From positions 64,001 to 128,000 of IMG/VR virus record IMGVR_UViG_3300028920_000035: 64,000 bases of DNA. The stretch is one strand, 5' to 3'. The notes beneath the pieces are model-generated. The model was not told where the DNA came from and made no database searches. It worked only from the letters and a program-made list of their open reading frames with translations. Both the position numbers and the translations under genes were made by a program. Source of the DNA: a virus. Below, piece by piece: positions 11,129 to 21,400 of this stretch (position 1 is its first letter; the number at the start of each line of letters is the position of its first letter).

Positions 11129-11791
11129 ATGAAGATTGACAAGGGGCTGATCCGTCGCGAGCACTTCAAGCCGCCCGCCAATGCCTTGAAGCTCGGACTC
11201 GGCGCCCATCACGAGGACCACTATCCTCGAAGTAGCATCCGGGGCGACGTGATTATGTGGCTGCGGGACGGGAAGACCGGCGAGTTACAAGAAGAGCGTG
11301 TGCATCGCAACTTGGTGGTTCGCGACGCCAGCATCCTGATTGCTCGTCTGCTAAAGGATTCCCAGGAGGCTCCCCACGGCGCTTTTGCCTTAGCGATCGG
11401 CACAGGTGACACCGGCTGGGATCCCATGAGTCCACCAGCTGCGACAGACACCCAGCGGTCCCTTTATGGTGAGCTGACCCGCAAGACCTTCACCTCAACC
11501 GAGTTCATCGACTCTGGGGGTAGTCCGACCGCAATCGCGACCAACGTCGTTGACTTTACGACGACCTTTACTGAGTCGGAAGCAGTGGGCCCCCTTGTCG
11601 AGATGGGCCTCATCGGTGGCAACGTCGACTCGAACATGAGCGTGCAAAAGCCGGTCACTCCACCCAACGGAGCCTACGACCCTCTGGTGGACCTGGCCCA
11701 GTACGACACCCTCATAAACTACCTTGTATTTCCAGTAATCAACAAACCAGCAACGAGCACTTTCACCATTACGTGGCGCTTGAGTTTTTAA
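11129..11791 (+). CDS. Baseplate/tail-collar-like structural protein
   Basis: RNLVV..IARLL..LAIGTG..L.GEL.RK..NVVDFTTTF.E.EA.GPL.EMGL pattern resembles myophage baseplate/fibre-attachment proteins. Confidence 0.6.
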   Translation: MKIDKGLIRREHFKPPANALKLGLGAHHEDHYPRSSIRGDVIMWLRDGKTGELQEERVHRNLVVRDASILIARLLKDSQEAPHGAFALAIGTGDTGWDPMSPPAATDTQRSLYGELTRKTFTSTEFIDSGGSPTAIATNVVDFTTTFTESEAVGPLVEMGLIGGNVDSNMSVQKPVTPPNGAYDPLVDLAQYDTLINYLVFPVINKPATSTFTITWRLSF

Positions 11792-11809
11792 GCAGGTAGG
11801 AGGGCCGCC

Positions 11810-14383
11810 TTGGCAGTCAAAGAGTACGGAACCGGTGTCAGTGGTTATCTCGACCCAGAGGGTCGGAACTGGGAGACTGTTGTCTACCAGGCTGGTAAAC
11901 CGGTCATTGACACTGAGCAGAACCTGATACAGGACTCCATCCAGAATCAGGCTCGCAAGAATGGGCCACCTTCTGGTTGGCTGATGCCGGAGGTTTTGGA
12001 CCGTTTGGACCAGTCGGTGGTGATCAGCAGCGCTACAGCCAACGAGCTGGAGCTCGACCCTCTGGATGCCTATGTGAATGGGTGGCGGATTCGGGTGACT
12101 GACACCACGACGACGGGCTCGAACGTGCTCGACCTGGGCGCGGGGCCCACGGGTGCCGGCGGCAAGCGGTTTGACCTCGTGGTGTTGGAAGTGTGGCGGC
12201 GCGTGCTCATCGCGGCTCCCTCGCCGAATGGTAAGAGTCCTGCTGGGTACATCTGGCGATTCGGCAACGTCAAGGCGACCGACCAGGACGCCACCCTCAA
12301 CCATGTAGACGACATTCAGGACCCCAACGTCGCCGCGCCCACGACCAAGCGTGTCCAGATCCAATACCGCCTGCGCGTCATCCAGGATGTGGACCTGTGG
12401 TCGTACCCATGGGGTGTAGGCGACCCGGCAGTGCCAGCTCAGACGGTTCCGCCCGATCCCAGCACTCCTGACGGCAACGCCACGGCATTCACGTACACGA
12501 ATCAATCGGTAGTGGGTGACCCAGGGTTGTGGCGCGCGGGGGACGGCAACCCCGCCAACGGTTTGGGGACCGTGGACGGGTACATCTATGCGCTCCCTCT
12601 GATGGCGGTGGCTCGGCGCAACGACGCTGCGTTTGACCGGATCTCGAATCACAACGGAGGCGTGCCCACGCCAGGGCCCTCGGACCGCCCGGACGGGCTG
12701 CTCAACGACATCATCGACCCTCGGGACGTCATTGATCTCCGCACGGCGGTGAGCCATCAGGGATGGAGCTACCATGAACTGCTCCAGAAAAACTTTCACT
12801 GGTTGCTCGACAACGCCCTTCGTGGCGAGGTAGGGGAAACTCTGCTTGGCGGCGGGGCCCAAGGGGCAAACCTCCTGACGGCGGTCGAAATCGGGCTCAG
12901 CAATGCCAACGGCGGCGCTCCCCCGGCGACGGGTGACACGGCGGGAGCCGACTTCATAGCCGAGTTTGATGGGGTTCGGCGCACGTTCAGCGACCAGCCG
13001 ATCGTCGAAACCGTGTGGTTACGGTACGGCCCCTCGGACTTTGGCTACGGGGCAACCTGGCCCGCGACCGATTTCACCATCACCGTCACGCCAACGACGA
13101 ATTTCATCCCTGAAGGGCACTCCCTCTTCAACTGGGCGGCCCACGTGCCTCCCACAACCAGCGTCCTGAGTGTCGAGTCTGTTCTCACCGACGGCCTGAA
13201 CCCGCCGCCTACAATGATGATCTCAGGGGTCGGGACCGTACCTCAAGCAAACCTTTCCCTGCGCTTCCCAAATGGGATTACGTCAGGGGGCACCCACGAC
13301 CTCATGCTGAAAGTCGTGGTGGCCTACCCCGCGGGCATCGGCATGGTGGTCCACCCTAGCCGACTCTTTGGGTCGGACGGCTTCATCTGGAACAATCCAG
13401 GTTCGCTACCAGCCGACTATGAGGGTGACGAGGTGAAAGACATCGACATCCCACACCGAGGCGTTCGGTACGAGTACCGGACAGTGACCTTGACCAAGAC
13501 CTACAATGTGCTGGGAAATCCCAGTGGCTACTACGAGGACTTTGATAGCGCCCGAGACGTTCCGCTGTTCGATCGCATCGAGTCCGTATCGAGCGTGACC
13601 ATCGACGCGGCGCCCTACGTGGGTAGCATCGAGATTCGTAACTCGAACCAGACCATCCGCTTGGACCCCGCGTCGGTTGGGCTTGGGCAGACCGTGGTCA
13701 CCCAGTTCAAGGCAATTCGGCCAATGCAGCAGGTTGGCGCCCAACTGACGGTCTTCTACGAAACCGTGCCGATGCAGACGGTACGAGAGGCACTGTCGGG
13801 GACGAGTCTCAAGCTCACCCCCCGCTATGTGTCGCCCGAGCTGTACGTCCTGGTGGCAGGCACATCATCGTTGGGGGAGGGCTACCCCTTCCCCTCGCAA
13901 GCCACCCAGAGCGGAGGCGTCTACCCCACTTCAGGGGGCAGCCCCGTGGGGGACCATCACCTCCGTGCGGGGCCTCGGTTTGCGACCCAATCGTTCGACG
14001 CCGACACTGGCTTCGGCAAGGTGCTAGCCACCGTACCAATGGTAGCCAACCCCGAAGAGTTGGAAATCCAGCGGGATCCTGGTGACCGAGACGGCGAGGG
14101 CCGTGTCTTTTACAAGACGGTTCCGGCGGGGTACCTCCCCAGCGCGTTTGGGCCCTCGCTGAGCGACCCAGTTGCGCACAAGGTCCTTCTCCCCATCTTG
14201 GCCGAGCTGCCTGAGGATGGCCCCTTCGGCTACAAGGGACAGCTGGTGCTGGTGACCCTGCAACGATGGGCTCCCAGCTCCTCGGACAATGCGGTGGCCT
14301 TCGACCTCGACCTGGCCTCGAACTGGACGGCGGCTTCGGTTTACCGCCTCAAGGGTAATCCACTGAATGGTAGGGTGGTATGA
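11810..14383 (+). CDS. Baseplate/tail structural protein, paralog of 18421..22449
   Basis: TTG start with GGAGG RBS. N-terminal ~330 aa shares GTGVS..LDP, Q.GKP, SGWL, VNGW, LEVW, RVQIQYRLRV, DPGLWRAGDG, TVDGY.YA.PL and RPDGL with 18421. Confidence 0.7.
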   Translation: MAVKEYGTGVSGYLDPEGRNWETVVYQAGKPVIDTEQNLIQDSIQNQARKNGPPSGWLMPEVLDRLDQSVVISSATANELELDPLDAYVNGWRIRVTDTTTTGSNVLDLGAGPTGAGGKRFDLVVLEVWRRVLIAAPSPNGKSPAGYIWRFGNVKATDQDATLNHVDDIQDPNVAAPTTKRVQIQYRLRVIQDVDLWSYPWGVGDPAVPAQTVPPDPSTPDGNATAFTYTNQSVVGDPGLWRAGDGNPANGLGTVDGYIYALPLMAVARRNDAAFDRISNHNGGVPTPGPSDRPDGLLNDIIDPRDVIDLRTAVSHQGWSYHELLQKNFHWLLDNALRGEVGETLLGGGAQGANLLTAVEIGLSNANGGAPPATGDTAGADFIAEFDGVRRTFSDQPIVETVWLRYGPSDFGYGATWPATDFTITVTPTTNFIPEGHSLFNWAAHVPPTTSVLSVESVLTDGLNPPPTMMISGVGTVPQANLSLRFPNGITSGGTHDLMLKVVVAYPAGIGMVVHPSRLFGSDGFIWNNPGSLPADYEGDEVKDIDIPHRGVRYEYRTVTLTKTYNVLGNPSGYYEDFDSARDVPLFDRIESVSSVTIDAAPYVGSIEIRNSNQTIRLDPASVGLGQTVVTQFKAIRPMQQVGAQLTVFYETVPMQTVREALSGTSLKLTPRYVSPELYVLVAGTSSLGEGYPFPSQATQSGGVYPTSGGSPVGDHHLRAGPRFATQSFDADTGFGKVLATVPMVANPEELEIQRDPGDRDGEGRVFYKTVPAGYLPSAFGPSLSDPVAHKVLLPILAELPEDGPFGYKGQLVLVTLQRWAPSSSDNAVAFDLDLASNWTAASVYRLKGNPLNGRVV

Positions 14384-15060
14384 GCACGATTTACCTCTAC
14401 GACGGGCACACGACCCCAGTAGCTAGCTCACCTCTGGTTGACGTGATCAAGGCGCCGCCTTCGACCCCGGTCGAGATTGGCACGAGCTTCCCCGTCCGCA
14501 TCCCAGAGAATCTTTCGCTGCCTCGTGAGCCGGCGGACGTGTACGACCTGGTGAGTTTGAAGGTTGAAGCTCTGGAGCAGAAGACAGGCTTCGGTGACAG
14601 TCTGTACGAAGATTTCATTGAGAACCCGTCAATCTCGACAGCCTCCCCCGACCTGTATTCGCGGCGTATGGGGGATCGGGTCTCGTTCGCCCTGATGTAC
14701 AACCCAAGTTACGTCTGGAGCACGATCACCAACATTGGCCCAGCCACCCCTGATGTCGTGCAGCTAGAGTTGGACATGTTCCTCCTGACCTACGAGGCGG
14801 ACCCTCTTACCGGGCGAACGCGGAGGATGCTGACGGACGTGTCGGACGAGATCCTTGGCGGTACTGGAGTTCGGGCCCGACTTGATTTCCAAGGCACCCA
14901 AGCTCCCCCCACCGTCTTCACTACTGTCCCGGGGCAGCCTCAAGTCGTCGCGCCTGCATTCCAAGGCTCCGACTTCTCCGTGGGGCTACAAGGGGACTTC
15001 ACACAGCTTTCTGGAAATCCCCTTCACGCCATCATCGGTTTCTGGGGGCTATTTTACTGA
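14380..15060 (+). CDS. Hypothetical virion protein
   Basis: ATGA overlap with upstream gene; structural block. Confidence 0.55.
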   Translation: MSTIYLYDGHTTPVASSPLVDVIKAPPSTPVEIGTSFPVRIPENLSLPREPADVYDLVSLKVEALEQKTGFGDSLYEDFIENPSISTASPDLYSRRMGDRVSFALMYNPSYVWSTITNIGPATPDVVQLELDMFLLTYEADPLTGRTRRMLTDVSDEILGGTGVRARLDFQGTQAPPTVFTTVPGQPQVVAPAFQGSDFSVGLQGDFTQLSGNPLHAIIGFWGLFY

Positions 15061-15068
15061 GGTGACGC

Positions 15069-16511
15069 ATGCCATCCACTAGGACCCCCACTCAGATCAC
15101 GCCCCGCTCGGGCCAGGCCCCCACCAACACCGTGGATGGGTCAGCCCTGTCGTTCCCTGTTGATGGTGGTGGGAACCATGATGGCCTTTACGCATTGCTG
15201 TCGGGTATCGACGATAAATACCGACGGGCCACGACTCCTTCGTTTGGCATCCCCAACACCCCAGGTTCTGGTGCTGTGTGGACCCGCGATGGTCAAGCCA
15301 TTGAAGCTACACCAGTGGTGGATGATTGGACCGCTAATCGACCCCCTGACCCCTTCCAGTCCTTCTACCGAGTCGGGTTGGCAGGGGACCTTACTGCTAC
15401 AGCGCGAGATCCCTCTCGGCAAGGTGACATGGGATACGTCCTGATGGGGACCTATCGATCTTCCGACAGTGACCCTGATGGTAACGAAAGGTCTACGCTC
15501 AACCAACCCCTAGCAGGGTTTGCCACCCTGAACGTTCGAAGCATCGAAGGCGAAACGGTTGACGGGAACCAGGTACACACGCGGTTCTCCCAGGGTGCAG
15601 CAGCGACCCTGAATCCCGGTGGTTCGCTGCCAGATACCATTGAAATCTCTGCACCCAACTACTTCCGGCACACCAGTGGTAATTCCGCGATTTGCCTTAA
15701 GCACGACATTATCTTGGTGGAGTACCCCGACGGCACAGAGCAAGCATACATTCCATGGTCAATGACCGCGGACAATCGAGTCAGGGTCGCCAACCTAGGC
15801 CAAGGCCCTTACAGCTCAGGGTATCCGGTGTTCCCAAACCCCGACGAGGCGGTCAATATCACCTGGGTCCAACCCCTGTTCGCGGCGGGCGGTGGCGTAT
15901 CAGGTAATGTTTTCGGTGGCAACAACTCCTGGGCCCCTCTGACGGTCATCTACCCCACTCGCATCACAGACGACCTCTTCCCCAGCAATCAACTTCCGGC
16001 CATGCGCATTGTGGGGGAGTCTCCTAGCCGGACAGTTCTTATCGTCGGGCACCATGACCCCTCCTACGCAGGTACCTCTGCTCCTTTCTCGCTCCAAGCA
16101 GATGGGTCCTTGTGGGCGTCAAGGGTCACAGGCATCCTCAATTCCAAAGGGGAGGCTGTTACCGGGATTACAGGAAACTATACGTACACTTTCGCCCTCC
16201 CCGAAGGTGCCTCGTCGGTAGGCCTTAGGTGCAGTGCTGGAGTCGGCACTCCCTTGACCCTTGGGATCAATATCGCAACGACGTCAAACCTCAGCCAAGG
16301 GGACCGGATCGCCGTCACCCTGGACAACCAGAATGGCGCCAATATTACAATAGACTGGGGGTCTATCCTACCTTCTGGTACAGGGTTCCTTTTCAGTGGG
16401 GGCGATGACCAGGCTCTACCAAACGTTCCGGGAGTCTACAAGTGGGAAGGTCTGGTTCATGGGGGGCCTCTAGGGTCCTACACCATTCATATGACCCGAA
16501 CGGACTACTGA
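15069..16511 (+). CDS. Tail fibre/spike-like protein
   Basis: G/S/T/N-rich; C-terminal fibre-type domain (ITIDW..F.FS..DD..W.G); GAGG RBS. Confidence 0.55.
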   Translation: MPSTRTPTQITPRSGQAPTNTVDGSALSFPVDGGGNHDGLYALLSGIDDKYRRATTPSFGIPNTPGSGAVWTRDGQAIEATPVVDDWTANRPPDPFQSFYRVGLAGDLTATARDPSRQGDMGYVLMGTYRSSDSDPDGNERSTLNQPLAGFATLNVRSIEGETVDGNQVHTRFSQGAAATLNPGGSLPDTIEISAPNYFRHTSGNSAICLKHDIILVEYPDGTEQAYIPWSMTADNRVRVANLGQGPYSSGYPVFPNPDEAVNITWVQPLFAAGGGVSGNVFGGNNSWAPLTVIYPTRITDDLFPSNQLPAMRIVGESPSRTVLIVGHHDPSYAGTSAPFSLQADGSLWASRVTGILNSKGEAVTGITGNYTYTFALPEGASSVGLRCSAGVGTPLTLGINIATTSNLSQGDRIAVTLDNQNGANITIDWGSILPSGTGFLFSGGDDQALPNVPGVYKWEGLVHGGPLGSYTIHMTRTDY

Positions 16512-16518
16512 GGACACT

Positions 16519-16938
16519 ATGCCGAAATTCAATAGCCCAGTCGAAGGAGCCAAAACCTACCGGGGTTATGAGTTCACTCCCGCAGCCGGCGCCAACCTGA
16601 CCATCTATGTTGACCCCTCGGGATCCGGGACTAATCCAGCGGCAGGGTACGAATGGCTTACGGCTACCATGGACCCCGACGGGGGAGACGTCATCTTGAC
16701 GGTAGAAGCAAGCCTTTTGGGGGGCGTGCACCCAGAGTTCTGGCTGTTCGTGAGGCAGTCATCATCGGGGCAAGTCACCATGAACTGGAGTGGAGCCTTC
16801 CAGTTCAGTTCCCCCGAGGACAAGCTCATTCCCGATGACGATGGTCGCCGTTTACACGTCTGGCATGGGGTACAAGCCCCCGGGTATGGTCAATACCTCA
16901 TGCAGCGGTGGGGTGACTACGACCAGAGTATCACCTGA
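16519..16938 (+). CDS. Small protein resembling the C-terminal domain of 15069..16511
   Basis: VTMNWSGAFQFSSPEDK..HVWHG aligns with ITIDW..GFLFSGGDDQ..YKWEG. Confidence 0.5.
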   Translation: MPKFNSPVEGAKTYRGYEFTPAAGANLTIYVDPSGSGTNPAAGYEWLTATMDPDGGDVILTVEASLLGGVHPEFWLFVRQSSSGQVTMNWSGAFQFSSPEDKLIPDDDGRRLHVWHGVQAPGYGQYLMQRWGDYDQSIT

Positions 16939-16950
16939 GGAGCGGTTTGA

Positions 16951-18402
16951 ATGCGACACGGAGTAACAGACGTCACCAATCTTCGATACATTTCCGAGAC
17001 TGTTGAAGCCAATGGGTATGGCACCACCGCTTACGAGTGGAACCCTCTCAAGGTGGGGCAGGTTACCTTTCGGTCGGACGTTATGCGAGTTTTCACCGTC
17101 GACTTGGTGCCAGGGTACACCCCCAGGGTAGGGGACCGTCTGCGGGTCAATTATCAAGCTACATCAACTTCTCATTATGGGAATGTCGTCATCGATTTCA
17201 GCAACCTCATCAGTGAGGCTTCTGAAGAGATGTACATAAATGCCTACTACTCTTGTCCTGGGTGGTTGCAATACGTCGAGGGGCAGTATGGCCCAAGATG
17301 GGTGTACCATTCCGACCGGTCCATCAAGACACTGCGAAACCGTCTTGACTTGACCATGGCATCCTTGGGGGTCGCTGGAAAACTTAACCCTCAAGGGTCA
17401 GGATCTGACACGGTGATTGGCCCCATCGGTGAAGGGTACCAAGGGTTCCCCCTTTTTACAGGCTACAATTCGCTCGCTGACGACGGAGTATTTTGGTTCC
17501 TACAGCCAGGGGCCACTCGCAACGGGAGCACAACGGGGCTGTCATCCAATTTCAAGTACCCTGGGTCCCTTCTTCTAACTACCGGCTATGGTTGGATGAC
17601 AGGAGCACCTGATGGTGGCACCTCCTCTACATTGGTATCTAGATCTGTGGACGGAGGTCAGAATTGGAGTCAACCAGCGGGTCCCCACTCGGCCGCGGTG
17701 TCAGCGTGGCTCCTTTGGGTAAATGGTACAACAAGCTGTACCATCCTGCTGCAACTGGATAATGGGACATGGCGCGTCCAGCGTACAACTGATAGTGGGG
17801 CTTCCTGGACGACCATCCGCACGACTAGTGCCAGGTCAGGTGATATCCAATACGTGGCTATGGACAAGCTCAATTATCAAACTGCGGTAGTCGTCACAGA
17901 TGCGGGGGAAGCTTACGTTTTCACAGATACTGACGATACCGCTGACGACTACCTAGCCGTCAGCACTGGAGGCGATGCCCTGAAAGCCGCGGTCATCCAC
18001 CAGAACCGGTTTGGGGCGATGGTAGGGGGGGAAGACGGGGCATTCTGGTACTCCCCAGACCCTAGCACTCCGGGGTCCTGGGTAGATAGGACCAACCTTA
18101 GCTTGAGCAACTACGATATACACTCCATGGACACGAACGAGAGAGGTCTTCTCTACCTGCTCCTACGTGTTTCAGGAGCAGGTGACGCCCGCCGTTACCT
18201 CGCGATGTCGGACACCCTGGGGATCTCAATCACCAGCCCAGGAGGGGTTTTCCCTACACTCCTTCTTGGAGGTTCTGGTTCCTCCACACGCCCGGGGGCC
18301 ATTTACGTGGGAGGCCAAGGCTGGATCTACTTCTGTCAAGGCCGCAGTGTGACCGCCGATGACGGTTACCTTGTCTATCGAATGCGCCACCTGTACTTTT
18401 AA
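16951..18402 (+). CDS. Beta-propeller (BNR/Asp-box) receptor-binding-like protein
   Basis: Asp-box motifs SRSVDGGQNW and RTTDSGASW; GAGGAG RBS. Confidence 0.6.
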   Translation: MRHGVTDVTNLRYISETVEANGYGTTAYEWNPLKVGQVTFRSDVMRVFTVDLVPGYTPRVGDRLRVNYQATSTSHYGNVVIDFSNLISEASEEMYINAYYSCPGWLQYVEGQYGPRWVYHSDRSIKTLRNRLDLTMASLGVAGKLNPQGSGSDTVIGPIGEGYQGFPLFTGYNSLADDGVFWFLQPGATRNGSTTGLSSNFKYPGSLLLTTGYGWMTGAPDGGTSSTLVSRSVDGGQNWSQPAGPHSAAVSAWLLWVNGTTSCTILLQLDNGTWRVQRTTDSGASWTTIRTTSARSGDIQYVAMDKLNYQTAVVVTDAGEAYVFTDTDDTADDYLAVSTGGDALKAAVIHQNRFGAMVGGEDGAFWYSPDPSTPGSWVDRTNLSLSNYDIHSMDTNERGLLYLLLRVSGAGDARRYLAMSDTLGISITSPGGVFPTLLLGGSGSSTRPGAIYVGGQGWIYFCQGRSVTADDGYLVYRMRHLYF

Positions 18403-18420
18403 CCTATCGAGACAGATGAA

Positions 18421-21400
18421 ATGGCAAACAACTTCGGAACTGGCGTCTCGCGCGCCCTTGACCCTTCCCAACGGCAGATGGTCCAGGTCATCTGGCAAGA
18501 GGGCAAGCCTCCGCTCGACAGTGAGCTGAACCTGCTCCAGCAGCTGGCCGCAGAATGGCAACGGACTGCGGTCCTGCGCAACTCCCCCTCGGGGTGGTTG
18601 GGCAGTGCTTCTAACCCGTCGGAGGTCTACGAGACCAACGTCAACTGGTCCAACTGGTTCAAGTTCGGACGGCAGCGTACAGGCGACCAGCTCGATGTTC
18701 AGTGGGCTGTCGTGAATGGGTGGCTCATACCCGTCACGGGCACGGGCACTGGCACCCCGCCAGGCTCCCCAAACGACAGCGACACCTGGAACAAGATCAC
18801 ACTGAATCCACCTCCCTCGAACAGCGGCGACGCTCGCATCGATTTCGTGTTCCTGGAGGTTTGGCAGGCTCGTGTGCCCCCGAACCCATCAGACGTCAAC
18901 AAGCCTGCCGTCGACTCGATCTATCGCTACGGCAACATCGAAGGTGGGTACAGCTACCTGGCAGATGACCTTCAGGATTCTGCCATTGGGTTCGAGACGA
19001 CTGCGCGCGTTCAGATCCAGTATCGCCTGCGCGTCGTCAGCGGCCTTGTTGGCCTCACGAGCTACCCCGATGGGTTTGACCCCTCGGTGGTCAAGGCCCG
19101 CGGCGCGGCCTCGACCGACACGAGCTTCACTTTCACCAACATGGCAAAGACCCTCAACGACCCGGGTCTGTGGCGTGCAGGTGATGGGAGCGCCAACGCT
19201 CTCAACACCGTGGATGGGTACACCTACGCCATTCCGTTGGCAGTCATCTTCCGCCGCAACAGCGTGGCTTGGGATGGGGACCCCGCCCAGAATCTCAACG
19301 GTGGCGTCAACCGCAACCCGACAGCCATCGACCGCACGGGCGCCACGACGTTCACCACGACGCCGACCTTGGCGTCTGATCTCGACGCCTCGTCCCTTTC
19401 GCTCATCCTGTCGTCGATCTCGAACATCCCGCTACCCTTGAACCCGGCTAGTGATGTTCTGATCCGCATCGGCGACGAAGTCATGAGCTACAGCTCGATC
19501 ACAGGCTCAACCATGACCTTGACGGCCCGCGGCGCACAGGGAACCAAGGCTGAGTCACATGCGGCAGGTACTGAGGTGGAGATCTTGAGTGGGCGCCCCG
19601 ACGGACTGTACGCCGATCAAATTTCCAAGACCGACCTCTACGACGTGCGGCATGTCGTCAACCCCAATGGGTTCGACTACGACACGCTCCTGCGCACCAA
19701 CCTCGACCGGTTGCTCCGTGGCACCATGCGTTCGAACTGGAAGCGCACGGGCGCGGGACCCCGCGGCACCTTCGTCAACTACCAGGACAAAATTGGTTCG
19801 TCAGCGGCGCTTGGTGTAACCACCGTGGGTGCGGCCGATAACGTACGGCAGGTCTACTCCGATGCCTCAGTAGTCCAACCGTACACGGCCATCGTCCGCT
19901 CGACCACCAACGGCATCATTGCGGCCGAGCCAATCTCATTGACTTGGGACCTTTCGGTCGAGGCCAACCTTCAACGTCCCGCCAACACCCAGTACATCGG
20001 GTCCGCAGGGGACACGGTTACCATCGGAATTGCCCAGTTCAAGAACTCGGGCATCGACTCTGACCAGGTTCGATTCGCGACGACCCAGGACTTCGCGGGC
20101 GCCGTTGAGATCCGTCAAGAGACTTCAGGTTCCCCCTTGGTTGAAGGACCCGACTACACCCTCACCACGCCCACGACCTCCGATGACGATCTTGTCATCA
20201 CGTTCACGGGTTCGTTCGGGACCTACGATCGAGAGTTCCACATCAAGTTCCACCTGATCTACGGCCCAGGTGTGGGGTTGAGTCGACGACCTGATTCGGT
20301 GTCGAGTGTCGTTTTGCTGAACCCGGACAGCTCAATTCTGAGCCAGCAGGAGAACATCCCGACCAACAACGTCCCCATGCGGGCGGCGTGGCTCCCCTTG
20401 TGGAGCAAGCACCGAGCCGACAGCGCCAACCCAACGCTTCTGAACAGCCTGCCAGTGACGGCCGAGGCTTATGTAGACCCCGGCAGCAAGACGGTAGCGT
20501 TCACGCCTTTCCGAAAAATCGAGTTTTCCAACTACCAGCCCTTGATTTCGAGCACAGGACCTCACGAAAACGACCCCCTGGCCTTGTTCTTGCCAGCCCC
20601 CAGCACATTCCACTTCCTTCAGGTTGATGATGACCTGATGCCCAAGTGGGGCGCCGTCCGCGTACCTATCCGCCATACTGCGGACGCTACCTTCAAGGGA
20701 GGGATCAACTTCGGGGTGTGTGATGACCCCACGGGGGCGTTCAACTCGGACTTCCTCGCCGATGCCAAGTTCACGACTTGGAACTTCGTCAGCTCGTCTT
20801 CGGCGGCCTACAACACCCTGATCGCTACTCCTGGCCAGGATTATGCGGGAATCCGCCATTTCACGGATACCCGCGGGCTGGGGCGAAAGGGTCTGGAGCT
20901 ACCTCCCCAGTACGGCATTGCTCGACTCTATGCGGTCTATGAAGCGCTCGACTTCGACAACCCCGTGACCCCCGGTCAACCCGTCAACCTGCTGAAGCAG
21001 ACTTTCGACGGAGACACCTTCTGGATCGAGACCAACAGCGGGGAGGAGACCTTCATCCTCAACGCCGAGTGCATCGACATCTCGCGGTCCCCGAACCCCA
21101 TCGTGGACTTTGCGTCGGGGCAGTATGTCATTGAGGCAGTGATCTTTGGCTTCACCGCAGGATCGTGGGACCGTGGAGGCAGCCCCTTCGGACTGTTGCT
21201 GCGGACCGGGCACGCGGACCCCGTTGACATGCCCACCTTGGTCATCCCAGCGCCTCTCCCCGACAACGACGAGGCCGCCATCAACTACTCGCGGACTCCT
21301 TACATGGGCGACGCTTGGGCGAGTCAGACCACCCAGACAGACTTGCCCTATCTGCCGGGCCCCATCGCCAGTTCGGTGGCATATCAGCTGGCGACCACGG

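Noticed and set aside
11495-12862. Long antisense ORFs (also 33258-34247, 48109-48894)
   Set aside because: Expected shadows of high-GC coding strands; no motifs.
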